From the NCBI RefSeq assembly GCF_009914755.1, contig NC_060933.1: 64,000 bases of DNA. One strand, written 5' to 3'. Made by a program: the position numbers and the translations under genes. Positions 45,100 to 59,800 of this stretch are shown one piece after another. The notes under the pieces are model-generated. The model had not been told where the DNA came from. It did not search any database and was given only the letters and a program-made list of their open reading frames with translations. The first letter of the stretch is position 1; every line of letters begins with the position of its first letter. The DNA is from the human T2T-CHM13v2.0 reference genome, Homo sapiens.

Positions 45100-46870
45100 C
45101 CATTCCATTCCGGATGATTCCATTCCATTGCATTCCGTTCCATTTCATTCACCTGCAGTCGGGTTGATTCCATTCCATTCCATTCCATTCCATTGGATTC
45201 CATTCCATTCCAATTCTTTCCATTCCATTCTATTCCGTACCATTCCATTCCATTCCATACAAGTCCATTCCATTCCATTCCATTCCATTCCATTACATTC
45301 CGTTCCGTTCCGTTCCGTTCCGTTCCATACCATTCCATTCCATTCTATTCGGGTTAATTCCATTCCATTCCATTCCATTCCATTCTATTCCATTCCATTG
45401 CAATCAAGTTGAATCCATTGCATTCCATTCCATTCCATTCCATTCCATTCCATTCCATTCCATTCCAAAAGATTCCATTCCATTGCATTCCATTCCATTC
45501 CATTCCCCTGCACTCGCGTCGTTTCCATTCCATTCCATTCCATTCCATTCCTTTCCGTTCCGTTCCGTTCCGTTCCATTCCATTCCATTCCATTTCATTC
45601 CGTTCCGTTCCGTTCCGTTCCATTCCATTCCATTCTATTCGGGTTAACTCCATTCCATTCCATTCGATTGCAACCGAGTTGCTTCCATTCCATTCCATTC
45701 TATTCCATTCCATTCCATTCCATTCCATTCCTTTCCATTCCATTACGGATGATTCCATTCCATTGCATTCCATTCCATTCCATTCCCCTGTACTCGGGTT
45801 GATTCCATTCCATTCCATTCCATTCTATTCCATTCCATTCCATTCCATTCCGGAAGATTCCATTCCTTTGAATTCCATTCCATTCTATTCCCCTGCACTT
45901 GGGTTGATTCCATTCCATTCCATTCCATTCCTTTCTGTTCCATTCCATTCCATTTCATTCCATTCTATTCGAGTTAATTCCATTCCATTCTATTCCATTC
46001 CATTCCATTGAAATCGAGTTGATTCCATTCCATTCCATTCCATTCCATTCCATTCCATTCCATTCCGGATGATTCCATTCCATTGCATTCCGTTCCATTT
46101 CATTCACCTGCACTCGGGTTGATTCCATTCCATTCCATTCCATTCCATTGGATTCCATTCTATTCCAATTCTTTCCATTCCATTCTATTCCGTACCATTC
46201 CATTCCATTCCATACAAGTCCATTCCATTCCATTCCATTCCATTCCATTCCGTTCCGTTCCGTTCCGTTCCGTTCCATACCATTCCATTCCATTCTATTC
46301 GGGTTAATTCCATTCCATTCCATTCCATTCCATTCTATTCCATTCCATTGCAATCAAGTTGAATCCATTGCATTCCATTCCATTCCAGAAGATTCCATTC
46401 CATTGCATTCCATTCCATTCCATTCCCCTGCACTGGCGTCGATTCCATTCCATTCCATTCCATTCCATTCCATTCCATTCCGTTCCGTTCCGTTCCATTC
46501 CATTCCATTCCATTCCATTTCATTCCGTTCCGTTCCGTTCCGTTCCATTCCATTCCATTCTATTCGGGTTAACTCCATTCCATTCCATTCGATTGCAACC
46601 GAGTTGCTTCCATTCCATTCCATTCTATTCCATTCCATTCCATTCCATTCCATTCCTTTCCATTCCATTACGGATGATTCCATTCCATTGCATTCCATTC
46701 CATTCCATTCCCCTGTACTCGGGTTGATTCCATTCCATTCCATTCCATTCTATTCCATTCCATTCCATTCCAGAAGATTCCATTCCATTGAATTCCATTC
46801 CATTCTATTCCCCTGCACTTGGGTTGATTCCATTCCATTCCATTCCATTCCTTTCTGTTCCATTCCATTC
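45100..46870 (+). repeat. ~0.92-0.96 kb tandem duplication
   Basis: TTCATTCACCTGCA (ACCTG at 45151/46106), CATACAAGTCC (45256/46211), GATTGCAACCGAGTTGCTTCC (45666/46591), CCCTGCACTTGGG (45891/46811). Confidence 0.9.
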
Positions 46871-49800
46871 CATTCCATTCCATTGTATTCGGGTTAATTC
46901 CATTCCATTCCATTCCATTCCATTCCATTCCATTACAATCGAGTTGATTCCATTCCATTCCATTCCATTCCATTCCATTCCATTCCATTCCTTTCCATTC
47001 CATTCCACTCGTGTTGATTCCATTCTATTAGTTTCCATTCCATTCCATTCCCTTCCATTCCACTCTGGTTGATTCCATTCCTTTCCATTCCACTCGTATA
47101 CATTCCCTCCTATTCCACTCGGAACAATTTCATTCCATTCCATTCCATTCCATTCCATTCCACTCGTGTTGATTCCATTCCTTTCCATTCCATTCGGTTT
47201 GAAGCCATTCCATTCCATTCAATTCCATTCCAATCCATTCCGTTCCATTCCATTTCATTCCATTGTACTCGGGTTGATTCCATTCCAATGCATTCCATTC
47301 CATTCCATTCAATTCCATTCCTTTCCATTCCATTCCATTACATTCGGATTGATTCTATTCTACTCCCTTACTCTCAATTACATTCCATTCCATTCGGATT
47401 GATTCTATTCAACTCCCTTACTCTCCATTACATTACATTCCATTCGGGTTGTTCCATTCCATTCCATTCCATTCCACTCCATTCCATTGCACTCGGGTTG
47501 ATTCCATTCCATTCCATTCCATTCCATTCCATTCCGGATGATTCCATTCCATTGCATTCCATTCCATTCCATTCCCCTGCACTCGGGTTGATTACATTCC
47601 ATTCCCTTCCCTTCCATTCCTTTCCATTCCATTCCATTCCATTCTATTCTGGTGAATTCCATTCCATTCCATTCCATTCCATTCCATTCCATTCCATTCC
47701 ATTCCATTCCATTACAGACGAGTTGATTCCATTCCATTCCATTCCATTCCGTTCTGGATGATTCCATTCCATTGCATTCCATCCCATTCCATTCCATTCC
47801 ATTCCATTCCATTCCGTTCCATTCCATTCCATTACATTGGGATTGATTCTATTCAACTCCCTTACTCTCCATTACATTACATTCCATTCGGGTTGTTCCA
47901 TTCCATTCCATTCCATTCCACTCCATTCCATTGCACTCAGGTTGATTCCATTCCATTCCATTCCATTCCATTCCGGATGATTCCATTCCATTGCATTCAG
48001 TTCCATTACATTCCCCTGCATTCGGGTTGATTCCATTCCATTCTATTCCATTCCATTCGATTCCATTCCATTACCCTGCACTCGCGTTGATTCCATTCCA
48101 TGCCATTCCATTCCATTCCATTCCATTCCTTTCCATTCCATTGCATTCCATTCCATTCCATTCCGTTCCGTTCCATTCCATTCCATTCCATTCTATTCGG
48201 GTTAATTCCATTCCATTCCATTCGATTGCAATCGAGTTGATTCCATTCCATTCCATTCCATTCCATTCCATTCCATTCCATTCCATTCCATTCCTTTCCA
48301 TCCCATTACGGATATTTCCATTCCATTGCATTCCATTCCATTCCATTCCCCTGTACTCGGGTTGTTTCCATTCCTTTCCATTCCAATCCATGCCATTCCA
48401 CTCGTGTTGATTCCATTCTTTCCATTCCATTCAAGTTGAATCCATTCCATTACATTCCATTGCATTCCATTCCATTCCATTACGTTCCATTCCATTCCAT
48501 TCCATTCTATTCGGGTTAATTCCATTCCATTCCATTCCAATCGAGTTGATTCCATTCCATTCCATTCCATTCCATTCCACTCAATTCCAGTCCTTTCCAT
48601 TCCATTCCACTCTGGTTGATTCCATTCTATTCCTTTCTATTCCATTCCATTCCATTGCAATCGAGTTGATTCCATTGCATTGCATTCCATTCCATTCCAT
48701 TCCATTCCGGATGATTCCATTCCATTGTATTCCATTCCATTCCATTCCCCTACACTCGGGTTGATTCCATTCCATTCCACTCCATTCCGTTCCATTCCAT
48801 TCCATTCCATTGTATTCGGGTTAATTCCATTCCATTCCATTCCATTCCATTCCATTCCATTACAATCGAGTTGATTCCATTCCATTCCATTCCATTCCAT
48901 TCCACTCCATTCCATTCCTTTCCATCCCTTTCCACTCGGGTACATTCCATTCTATTAGTTTCCATTCCATTCCATTCCCTTCCATTCCACTCTGGTTGAT
49001 TCCATTCCTTTCCATTCCACTCGAATACATTCCCTCCTATTGCACTCGGAACGATTCCATTCCATTCCATTCCATTCCATTCCATTCCATAGCATTTCGT
49101 TCCATTCCATTCTATTCCGTACCATTCCATTCCATTCCATTCCATTCCATTCCATTCCACTCGTGTTGATTCCATTCCTTTCCATTCCATTCGGTTTGAA
49201 GACATTCCATTCCATTCAATTCCATTCCATTCCATTCCATTCCATTCCATTCCATTCAATTCCATTCCATTCCATTCCATTCCATTTCATTCCATTGTAC
49301 TCGGGTTGATTCCATTCCATTGCATTCCATTCCATTCCATTCAATTCCATTCCGTTCCATTCCATTCCATTACATTCGGATTCATTCTATTCAACTCCCT
49401 TACTCTGAATTACATTTCATTCCATTCGGATTAATTCTATTCAACTCCCTTACACTCCATTCCATTCCATTCCATTCCATTCGGGTTGTTCCATTCCATT
49501 CCATTCCATTCCACTCCATTCCATTGCACTCGGGTTGATTCCATTCCATTCCATTCCATTCCATTCCATTCGATTCCATTCCATTCCAAGTCGTTCCATT
49601 CCATTCTATTCCGTACCATTCCATTCCATTCCATACCATTCCATTCCATTCCATTCCATTCCATTCCATTGCATTCCGTTCCATTCCGTTCCATTCCATT
49701 CCATTCCATTCTATTAGGGTTAATTCCATTCCATTCCATTCCATTCCATTCTATTCCATTCCATTGCAATCGAGTTGAATCCATTGCATTCCATTCCATT

Positions 49801-49879
49801 CCATTCCATTCCATTCTATTCCGTACCATTCCATTCCATTCCATACCATTCCATTCCATTCCATTCCATTCCATTCCAT

Positions 49880-52290
49880 TCCATTCCATTGTACTCGGGT
49901 TGATTCCATTCCATTGAATTCCATTACATTCCATTCCGTTCCATTCCATTCCATTACATTCGGGTTGATTCTATTCAACTCCCTTACTCTCCACTACATT
50001 CCATTCCATTCGTGTTGTTCCATTCCATTCCATTCCATTCCACTCCATTCCATTGCACTCGGGTTGATTCCATTCCATTCCATTCCATTCCATTCCATTC
50101 CATTCCGTATGATTCCATTCCATTGCATTCCGTTCCATTACATTCCCCTGCACTCGGGTTGATTCCATTCCATTCCATTCCATTCCATACCATTCCATTC
50201 GATTCCATTCCATTCCAATTCTTTCCATTCCATTCTATTCCGTACCATTCCATTCCATTCCATACAATTCCATTACATTCCATTCCATTCCGTTCCGTTC
50301 CGTTCCGTTCCGTTCCGTTCCGTTCCGTTCCATTCCATTCCATTCCATTCTATTCGGGTTAATACCATTCCATTCCATTCCATTCCATTCTATTCCATTC
50401 CATTGCAATCGAGTTGAATCCATTGCATTCCATTGCATTCCATTCCATTCCATTCCGGAAGATTCCATTCCATTGCATTCCATTCCATTCCATTCCCCTG
50501 CCGTCGCGTTGATTCCATTCCATTCCATTCCATTCCATTCCATTCCTTTCCGTTCCATTCCATTCCATTCCATTCCATTCCATTCCATTCCATTCCGTTC
50601 CGTTCCATTCCATTCCATTCCATTCTATTCGGGTTAATTCCATTCCATTCCATTCGATTACAATCTAGTTGATTCCATTCCATTCCATTCCATTCCATTC
50701 CATTGCATTCCTTTCCATTCCATTCCCCTGCACTCGCGTTGATTCCATTCCATTCCATTGCATTCCATTCCATTCCATTCCATTCCGTTCCGTTCCGTTC
50801 CGTTCCGTTCCATTCCATTCCATTCCGTTCCGTTCCGTTCCGTTCCATTCCATTCCATTCCATTCTATTCGGGTTAATTCCATTCCATTCCATTCGATTG
50901 CAATCGAGTTCATTCCATTCCCTTCCATTCCATTCCATTCCTTTCCATTCCGTTACTGATGATTCCATTCCATTGCATTCCATTCCATTCCATTCTCCTG
51001 TACTCGGGTTGATTCCATTCCATTCCATTCCAATCCATGCCATTCCACTCGTGTTGATTCCATTCTTTCCATTCCATTCAAGTTGAATCCATGCCATTGC
51101 ATTCCATTCCATTCGATTCCATTCGATTGCACTCGGGTTGATTCCATTCCATTGCATTCCATTCCATTCCATTCCATTCCGTTCCATTCCATTCCATTAC
51201 ATTCGGATTGATTCTATTCAATTCCCTTACACTTCATTACATTCCATTCCATTCCGGTAGTTTCCATTCCATTCCATTCCATTCCTATGCATTCCATTGC
51301 ACTCGGGTTGATTCCATTCCATTCCATTCCATTCTATTCCATTCCATTCCATTCCATTGTACTCGGGTTGATTCCATTCCATTGCATTCCATTCCATTCC
51401 ATTCCGTTCCATTCCATTCCATTACATTCGGGTTGATTCTATTCAACTCCCTTACTCTCCACTACATTCCATTCCATTCGTGTTGTTCCATTCCATTCCA
51501 TTCCATTCCACTCCATTCCATTGCACTCGGGTTGATTCCATTCCATTCCATTCCATTCCATTCCATTCCATTCCATTCCGTATGATTCCATTCCATTGCA
51601 TTCCGTTCCATTACATTCCCCTGCACTCGGGTTGATTCCATTCCATTCCATTCCATTCCATACCATTCCATTCGATTTCATTACATTCCAATTCTTTCCA
51701 TTCCATTCTATTCCGTACCATTCCATTCCATTCCATACAATTCCATTCCATTCCATTCCATTCCATTCCGTTCCGTTCCGTTCCTTTCCGTTCCGTACCG
51801 TTCCATTCCATTCCATTCCATTCTATTCGGGTTAATTCCATTCCATTCCATTCCATTCCATTCCATTCCATTCTATTCCATTCCATTGCAATCGAGTTGA
51901 ATCCATTGCATTCCATTGCATTCCATTCCATTCCATTCCGGAAGATTCCATTCCATTGCATTCCATTCCATTCCATTCCCCTGCCGTCGCGTTGATTCCA
52001 TTCCATTCCATTCCATTCCATTCCATTCCATTCCATTCCATTCCTTTCCGTTCCATTCCATTCCATTCCATTCCATTCCATTCCGTTCCGTTCCATTCCA
52101 TTCCATTCCATTCTATTCGGGTTAATTCCATTCCATTCCATTCGATTACAATCGAGTTGATTCCATTCCATTCCATTCCATTCCTTTCCATTCCATTCCA
52201 TTCCATTCCATTCCATTCCTTTCCATTCCATTCCCCTGCACTCGCGTTGATTCCATTCCATTCCATTGCATTCCATTCCATTCCATTCCA
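49880..52290 (+). repeat. Direct repeat at ~1.47-1.48 kb offset (~49880-50800 / ~51350-52290)
   Basis: CGGGTTGATTCTATTCAACTCCCTTACTCTCCACTAC at 49961/51429. CCGTCGCGTTG at 50501/51984. Confidence 0.85.
50291..50330 (+). repeat. (CGTTC)8 variant-pentamer microsatellite, the longest such run seen
   Basis: Eight consecutive CGTTC units read directly. Shorter runs lie at ~15591, 17391, 20035, 33233, 45301, 46251 and 50785. Confidence 0.9.
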
Positions 52291-52879
52291 TTCCGGATGA
52301 TTCCATTCCATTGCATTCCATTCCATTCCATTCCCCTGCACTCGGGTTGATTCCATTCCTTTCCACTCCATTCCTTCCGTTGCATTCCATTCCATTCCAT
52401 TCCTTTCTATTCGTGTTAATTCCATTCCATTATATTCCATTGCATTCCACTGAAATCGAGTTGATTCCATTCCATTCCATTCCATTCCATTCCATTCCAT
52501 TCCATTCCTTTCCGGATGATTCCATTCCATTGCATTCCATTCAATTCCATTCCCCTGCACTCCGGTTGATTCCATTCCATTCCATTCCATTCCATTCCAT
52601 TCCATTCCATTCCTTTCCGTTCCATTCCGTTCCATTCCATTCCATTCCTTTCTATTCGGGTTAATTCCATTCCATTCCATTCCATTCCATTCCATTCCAT
52701 TCCATTCCATTCCATTCCATTCCATTGCAATCGAGTTGATTCCATTCCATTGCATTCCATTCCATTCCATTCCATTCCAATCGATTTGATTCCATTCCAT
52801 TCCATTCCATTCCAGTCCATTCCAGTCCTTTCCATTCCATTCCACTCGGGTTGATTCCATTCTATTACTTTCCATTCCA

Positions 52880-55800
52880 TTCCATTCCATTCGAATCCAT
52901 TCCATTGCACTCGGTTTGATTCCATTCCATTCCATTCCATTCCATTTCATTCCATTCCATTCCATTACATTCGGACTGATTCTATTCAATTCCCTTACAC
53001 TCCATTACATTCCATTCCTTTCCATTCGGGATGTTTCCATTCCATTCCATTCCATTCCACTCCATTCCATTGCACTCGGGTTGATTGCATTCCATTCCAT
53101 TCCATTCCATTCCGGATGATTCCATTCCATTGCATTCCATTGCATTCCGTTCCCCTGCACTCGGGTTGATTACATTCCATTCCATTCCCTTCCATTCCCT
53201 TCCATTCCATTCCATTCCATTGCAATCGAGTTGATTCCATTCCATTCCATTCCATTCCATTCCATTCCACTCCATTCCATTGCATTCCATTCCATTCCAT
53301 TCCATTCCGTCTGATTGCATTCCATTGCATTCCATTCCATTCCATTCCCCTGCACTCGGGTTGATTCCATTCCATTTCATTCCATTACATTCCGTTCCAT
53401 TCCATTCCATTCCATTCTATTCAGGTTAATTCCATTCCATTCCATTCCATTCCATTCCATACCATTCCATTGAAATCGAGTTGATTCCATTCCATTCCAT
53501 TCCATTCCATTCCATTACAATCGATTTGATTCCATTCCATTCCATTCCATTCCATTCCATTCCGGATGATTCCATTCCATTGCATTCCGTTCCATTACAT
53601 TCCCCTGCACTCGCGCTGATTCCATTCCATTCCATTCCATTCCATTCAATTCCATTCCATTACAATTCGTTCCATTCCATTCTATTGCGTACCATTCCAT
53701 TCCATTCCATAGCATTCCATTCCATTCCATTCCATTCCATTCCGTTCCATTCCGTTCCATTCCATTCCATTCAATTCTATTCGGATTAATTCCATTCCAT
53801 TCCATTCCGTTCCATACTATTCCATTCCATTGCAATCGAGTTGAATCCATTGCATTTCATTCCATTCCATTCCGTTCCATTCCATTCCGGAAGATTCCAT
53901 TCCATTGCATTGCATTCCATTCCATTCCCCTGCACTCCCGTTGATTCCATTCCATTCCATTCCATTCCATTCCATTCCGTTCCTTTCCATTCCATTCCAT
54001 TCCATTCCATTCCATTCCGTTCTGTTCCATTCCATTCCATTCCATTCTATTCGGGTTAATTCCATTCCATTCCATTCGATTGTAATCGAGTTGATTCCAT
54101 TCCATTCCATTCCACTCCATCCCAGTCCTTTCCATTCCATTCCACTCGGGTTGATTCCATTTTATTCCTTTCCATTCCATTCCATTCCATTGCAATCGAG
54201 ATGATTCCATTCGAGTTGAATCCATTCCATTCCATTCCATTCCATTCAATTGCACACGGGTTCATTCCATTCCATTCCATTCCATTCCATTCCATTCCAT
54301 TCCATTTCATTCCATTCCATTTCATTCCATTCCATTCTATTCCGTACCTTTCCATTCCATCCCATTCCATTCCATTCCATTCCATGCAATTACACTCGGG
54401 TTGATTCCATTCCTTTCCATTCCATTCTTGTTGATTCCATTCCATTCCATTCCATTCCATTCGAATCCATTCCATTGCACTCGGTTTGATTCCATTCTAT
54501 TCCATTCCATTGCATTCAGACTGATTCTATTCAATTCCCTTACACTCCATTACATTCCATTCCATTCGGGATGCTTCCATTCCATTCCATTCCATACCAT
54601 TCCATTGCATCGGGTTGATTCCATTCCATTCCGTTCCATTCCATTCCATTCCATGCCATTCCGTTCCATTCCATTCCATTCCATTCTATTCGGGTTAATT
54701 CCATTCCATTCCATTCCATTGCATTCAAATTCCATTCCACTCCATTCCAATCGAGTTGATTCCATTCCATTCCATTCCATACCATTCCATTCCATTCCAT
54801 TCCATTCTATTCGGGTTAATTCCATTCCATTCCATTTCATTCCATTCCATTCCATTCTATTCCATTCCATTGCAATCGAGTTGAATCCATTGCATTCCAT
54901 TCCATTCCATTCCATTCCATTCCATTCCATTACGGATGATTCCATTCCATTGAATTCCATTCCATTCCATTCCCGTGTACTCGGGTTGATTCCATTCCAT
55001 TCCATTCCAATCCATGCCCTTCCACTCGTGTTGATTCCATTCTTTCCATTCCATTCAAGTTGAATCTATTCCATTGCATTCCATTCCATTCGAATCCATT
55101 CCATTGCACTCGGTTTGATTCCATTCCATTCCATTCCATTCCATTTGATTCCATTCCATTCCATTACATTCGGACTGATTCTATTCAATTCCCTTACACT
55201 CCATTACATTCCATTCCATTCGGGATGTTTCCATTCCATTCCATTCCATTCCACTCCATTCCATTGCACTCGGGTTGATTGCATTCCATTCCATTCCATT
55301 CCATTCCGGATGATTCCATTCCATTGCATTCCATTGCATTCCGTTCCCCTGCACTCGGGTTGATTACATTCCATTCCATTCCCTTCCATTCCCTTCCATT
55401 CCATTCCATTCCATTGCAATCGAGTTGATTCCATTCCATTCCATTCCATTCCATTCCATTCCATTGCATTCCATTCCATTCCATTCCATTCCGTCTGATT
55501 GCATTCCATTGCATTCCATTCCATTCCATTCCCCTGCACTCGGGTTGATTCCATTCCATTTCATTCCATTACATTCCGTTCCATTCCATTCCATTCCATT
55601 CTATTCAGGTTAATTCCATTCCATTCCATTCCATTCCATTCCATTCCATTCCATTGCAATCGAGTTGATTCCATTCCATTCCATTCCATTACAATCGATT
55701 TGATTCCATTCCATTCCATTCCATTCCATTCCATTCCGGATGATTCCATTCCATTGCATTCCATTCCATTACATTCCCCTGCACTCGCGTTGATTCCATT

Positions 55801-57262
55801 CCATTCCATTCAATTCCATTCCATTACAATTCGTTCCATTCCATTCTATTCCGTACCATTCCATTCCATTCCATACCATTCCATTCCATTCCATTCCATT
55901 CCATTCCGTTCCATTCCGTTCCATTCCATTCCATTCAATTCTATTCGGATTAATTCCATTCCATTCCATTCCATTCCATTCTATTCCATTCCATTGCAAT
56001 CGAGTTGAATCCATTGCATTTCATTCCATTCCATTCCGTTCCATTCCATTCCGGAAGATTCCATTCCATTGCATTGCATTCCATTCCATTCCCCTGCACT
56101 CCCGTTGATTCCATTCCATTCCATTCCATTCCATTCCATTCCATTCCATTCCGTTCCTTTCCATTCCATTCCATTCCATTCCATTCCGTTCCGTTCCATT
56201 CCATTCCATTCCATTCTATTCGGGTTAATTCCATTCCATTCCATTCGATTGTAATCGAGTTGATTCCATTCCATTCCATTCCACTCCATCCCATTCCTTT
56301 CCATTCCATTCCACTCGGGTTGATTCCATTTTATTCCTTTCTATTCCATTCCATTCCATTGCAATCGAGATGATTCCATTTGAGTTGAATCCATTCCATT
56401 CCATTCCATTCCATTCAATTGCACACGGGTTCATTCCATTCCATTCCATTCCATTCCATTCCATTCCATTCCATTTCATTCCATTCCATTTCATTCCATT
56501 CCATTCTATTCCGTACCTTTCCATTCCATCCCATTCCATTCCATTCCATTCCATGCCATTACACTCGGGTTGATTCCATTCCTTTCCATTCCATTCTTGT
56601 TGATTCCATTCCATTCCATTCCATTCCATTCCATTCGAATCCATTCCATTGCACTCGGTTTGATTCCATTCCATTCCATTCCATTGCATTCAGACTGATT
56701 CTATTCAATTCCCTTACACTCCATTACATTCCATTCCATTCGGCATGTTTCCATTCCATTCCATTCCATACCATTCCATTGCATCGGGTTGATTCCATTC
56801 CATTCCGTTCCATTCCATTCCATTCCATGCCATTCCGTTCCATTCCATTCCATTCTATTCGGGTTAATTCCATTCCATTCCATTCCATTGCATTCAAATT
56901 CCATTCCACTCCATTCCAATCGAGTTGATTCCATTCCATTCCATTCCATACCATTCCATTCCATTCCATTCCATTCTATTCGGGTTAATTCCATTCCATT
57001 CCATTTCATTCCATTCCATTCCATTCTATTCCATTCCATTGCAATCGAGTTGATTCCATTGCATTTCATTCCATTCCATTCCATTCCATTCCATTCCATT
57101 ACGGATGATTCCATTCCATTGCATTCCATTCCATTCCATTCCCCTGTACTCGGGTTGATTCCATTCCATTCCACTCCAATCCATGCCCTTCCACTCGTGT
57201 TGATTCCATTCTTTCCATTCCATTCAAGTTGAATCTATTCCATTGCATTCCATTCCATTCGA
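52880..57262 (+). repeat. ~2.17-2.20 kb tandem duplication
   Basis: CGGACTGATTC (52972/55171), CCGTCTGATTGC (~53307/55491), GCATTCAAATTCC (54721/56890), GAATCTATTCC (55062/57231). ORF pair 54201/56370 is offset by 2169. Confidence 0.9.
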
Positions 57263-58089
57263 TTCCATTCGATTGCACTCGGGTTGATTCCATTCCATTG
57301 CATTCCATTCCATTCCATTCCATTCCATTCCGTTCCATTCCATTACATTCGGATTGATTCTATTCAATTTCCTTACACTCCATTACATTCCATTCCATTC
57401 GGGTTGTTTCCATTCCATTCCATTCCATTCCTCTCCATTCCATTGCACTCGGGTTGATTCCATTCCATTGCATTCCATTCCATTCCATTCAATTCGATTC
57501 CGTTCCATTCCATTCCATTACATTCGGATTGATTCTATTCAACTCCCTTACTCTCCATTACATTCCATTCCATTCGGGTTGTTCCATTCCATTCCATTCC
57601 ATTCCACTCCATTCCATTGCACTCGGGTTGATTCCATTCCTTTCCATTCCATTCCATTCCACTCCATTCCAGTCCTTTCCATTCCATTCCACTCGGGTTG
57701 ATTCCAATGTATTCCTTTCCATTCCATTCCATTCCATTGCAATCGAGTTGATTCGATTGCTTTGCATTCCATTCCATTCCATTCCATTCCGGATGATTCC
57801 ATTCCATTGCATTCCATTCCATTCCATTCCCCTGCACTCGCGTTGATTCCATTCCATTCCATTCCATTCCATTCCATTCCATTCCGTTCCGTTCCGTTCT
57901 GTTCCATTCCATTCCATTCCATTCCGTTCCATTCCATTCCATTCCATTCTATTTGGGTTAATTCCATTCGATTCCATTCGATTGCAATCGAGTTGATTCC
58001 ATTCCATTCCATTCCATTCCATTCCATTCCATTCCATTCCTTTCCATTCCATTACGGATGATTCCATTCCATTGCATTCCATTCCATGC

Positions 58090-59800
58090 CATTCCCCTGC
58101 ACTCGCGTTGATTCCATTCCATTCCATTCCATTCCATTCCATTCCATTCCATTCCATTCCATTCCTTTCCGTTCCGTTCCATTCCATTCCATTCCATTCC
58201 ATTCTATTCCGTTCCGTTCCATTCCATTCCATTCCATTCTATTCGGGTTAATTCCATTCCATTCCATTCGATTGCAATCGTGTTGATTCCATTCCATTCC
58301 ATTCCATTCCATTCCTTTCAATTCCATTACGGATGATTCCATTCCATTGCATTCCATTCCATTCCATTCCCCTGTACTCGGGTTGATTCCATTCCATTGC
58401 ATTCCAATCCATGCCCTTCCACTCGTGTTGATTCCATTCTTTCCATTCCATTCAAGTTGAATCCATTCCATTGTATTCCATTCCATTCGATTCCATTCGA
58501 TTGCACTCGGGTTGATTCCATTCCATTGCATTCCATTCCATTCCATTCCATTCCATTCCATTCCATTCCGTTCCATTCCATTCCATTATATTCGGATTGA
58601 TTCCATTCAATTCCCTTACACTCCATTACATTACATTCCATTAGGGTAGTTTCCATTCCATTCCATTCCATTCCTCTCCATTCCATTGCACTCGGGTTGA
58701 TTCCATTCCATTGCATTCCATTCCATTCCATTCAATTCCATTCCGTTCCATTCCATTCCATTACATTCGGATTGACTCTATTCAACTCCCTTACTCTCCA
58801 TTACATTCCATTCCATTCGGGTTGTTCCATTCCATTCCATTGCATTCCACTCCATTCCATTGCACTCGGGTTTATTGCATTCCATTCCATTCCATTCCAT
58901 TCCATTCCATTCCATTCCGGAAGATTCCATTCCATTGCATTCCATTCCATTCCATTCCCCTGCACTCGTGTTGATTCCATTCCATTCCATTCCATTCCAT
59001 TCCATTCCATTCCATTCCGTTCCGTTCCGTTCCATTCCATTCCATTCCATTCTATTCGGGTTAATTCCATTCCATTCCATTCGATTGCAATCGTGTTGAT
59101 TCCATTCCATTCCATTCCATTCCATTCCATTCCTTTCCATTCCATTACGGATGATTCCATTCCATTGCATTCCATTCCATTCCATTCCCCTGTACTCGGG
59201 TTGATTCCATTCCATTGCATTCCAATCCATGCCCTTCCACTCGTGTTGATTCCTTTCTTTCCATTCCATTCAAGTTGAATCCATTCCATTGTATTCCATT
59301 CCATTCGATTCCATTCGATTTCACTCGAGTTGATTCCATTCCATTGCATTCCGCTCCATTCCATTCCATTCCATTCCGTTCCATTCCATTCCATTACATT
59401 CGGATTGATTCTATTCAATTCCCTTACACTCCATTACATTACATTCCATTCGGGTAGTTTCCATTCCATTCCATTCCATTCCTCTCCATTCCATTGCACT
59501 CTTGTTGATTCCATTCCATTGCATTCCATTCCATTCCATTCAATTCCATTCCGTTCCATTCCATTCCATTACATTCGGATTGACTCTATTCAACTCCCTT
59601 ACTCTCCATTACATTCCATTCCATTCGGGTTGTTCCATTCCATTCCATTCCATTCCACTCCATTCCATTGCACTCGGGGTTATTCCATTCCATTCCATTC
59701 CATTCCATTCCATTCCATTCCGGAAGATTCCATTCCATTGCATTCCATTCCATTCCATTCCCCTGCACTCGCGTTGATTCCATTCCATTCCATTTTATTC
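58090..59800 (+). repeat. ~0.81-0.82 kb tandem duplication
   Basis: GCAATCGTGTTG, GCATTCCAATCCATGCCCTTCC (ORF pair 58397/59215, offset 818) and ATTGACTCTATTCAACTCC (~58771/59579) each occur twice in the same order. Confidence 0.85.

Noticed and set aside
51832-52989. Minus-strand poly-MEWNG ORFs as protein-coding genes
   Set aside because: Same artefact on the other strand. Kept only as a low-prior repeat-translation hypothesis. Database hits to such 'proteins' would most likely be mis-annotated satellite.
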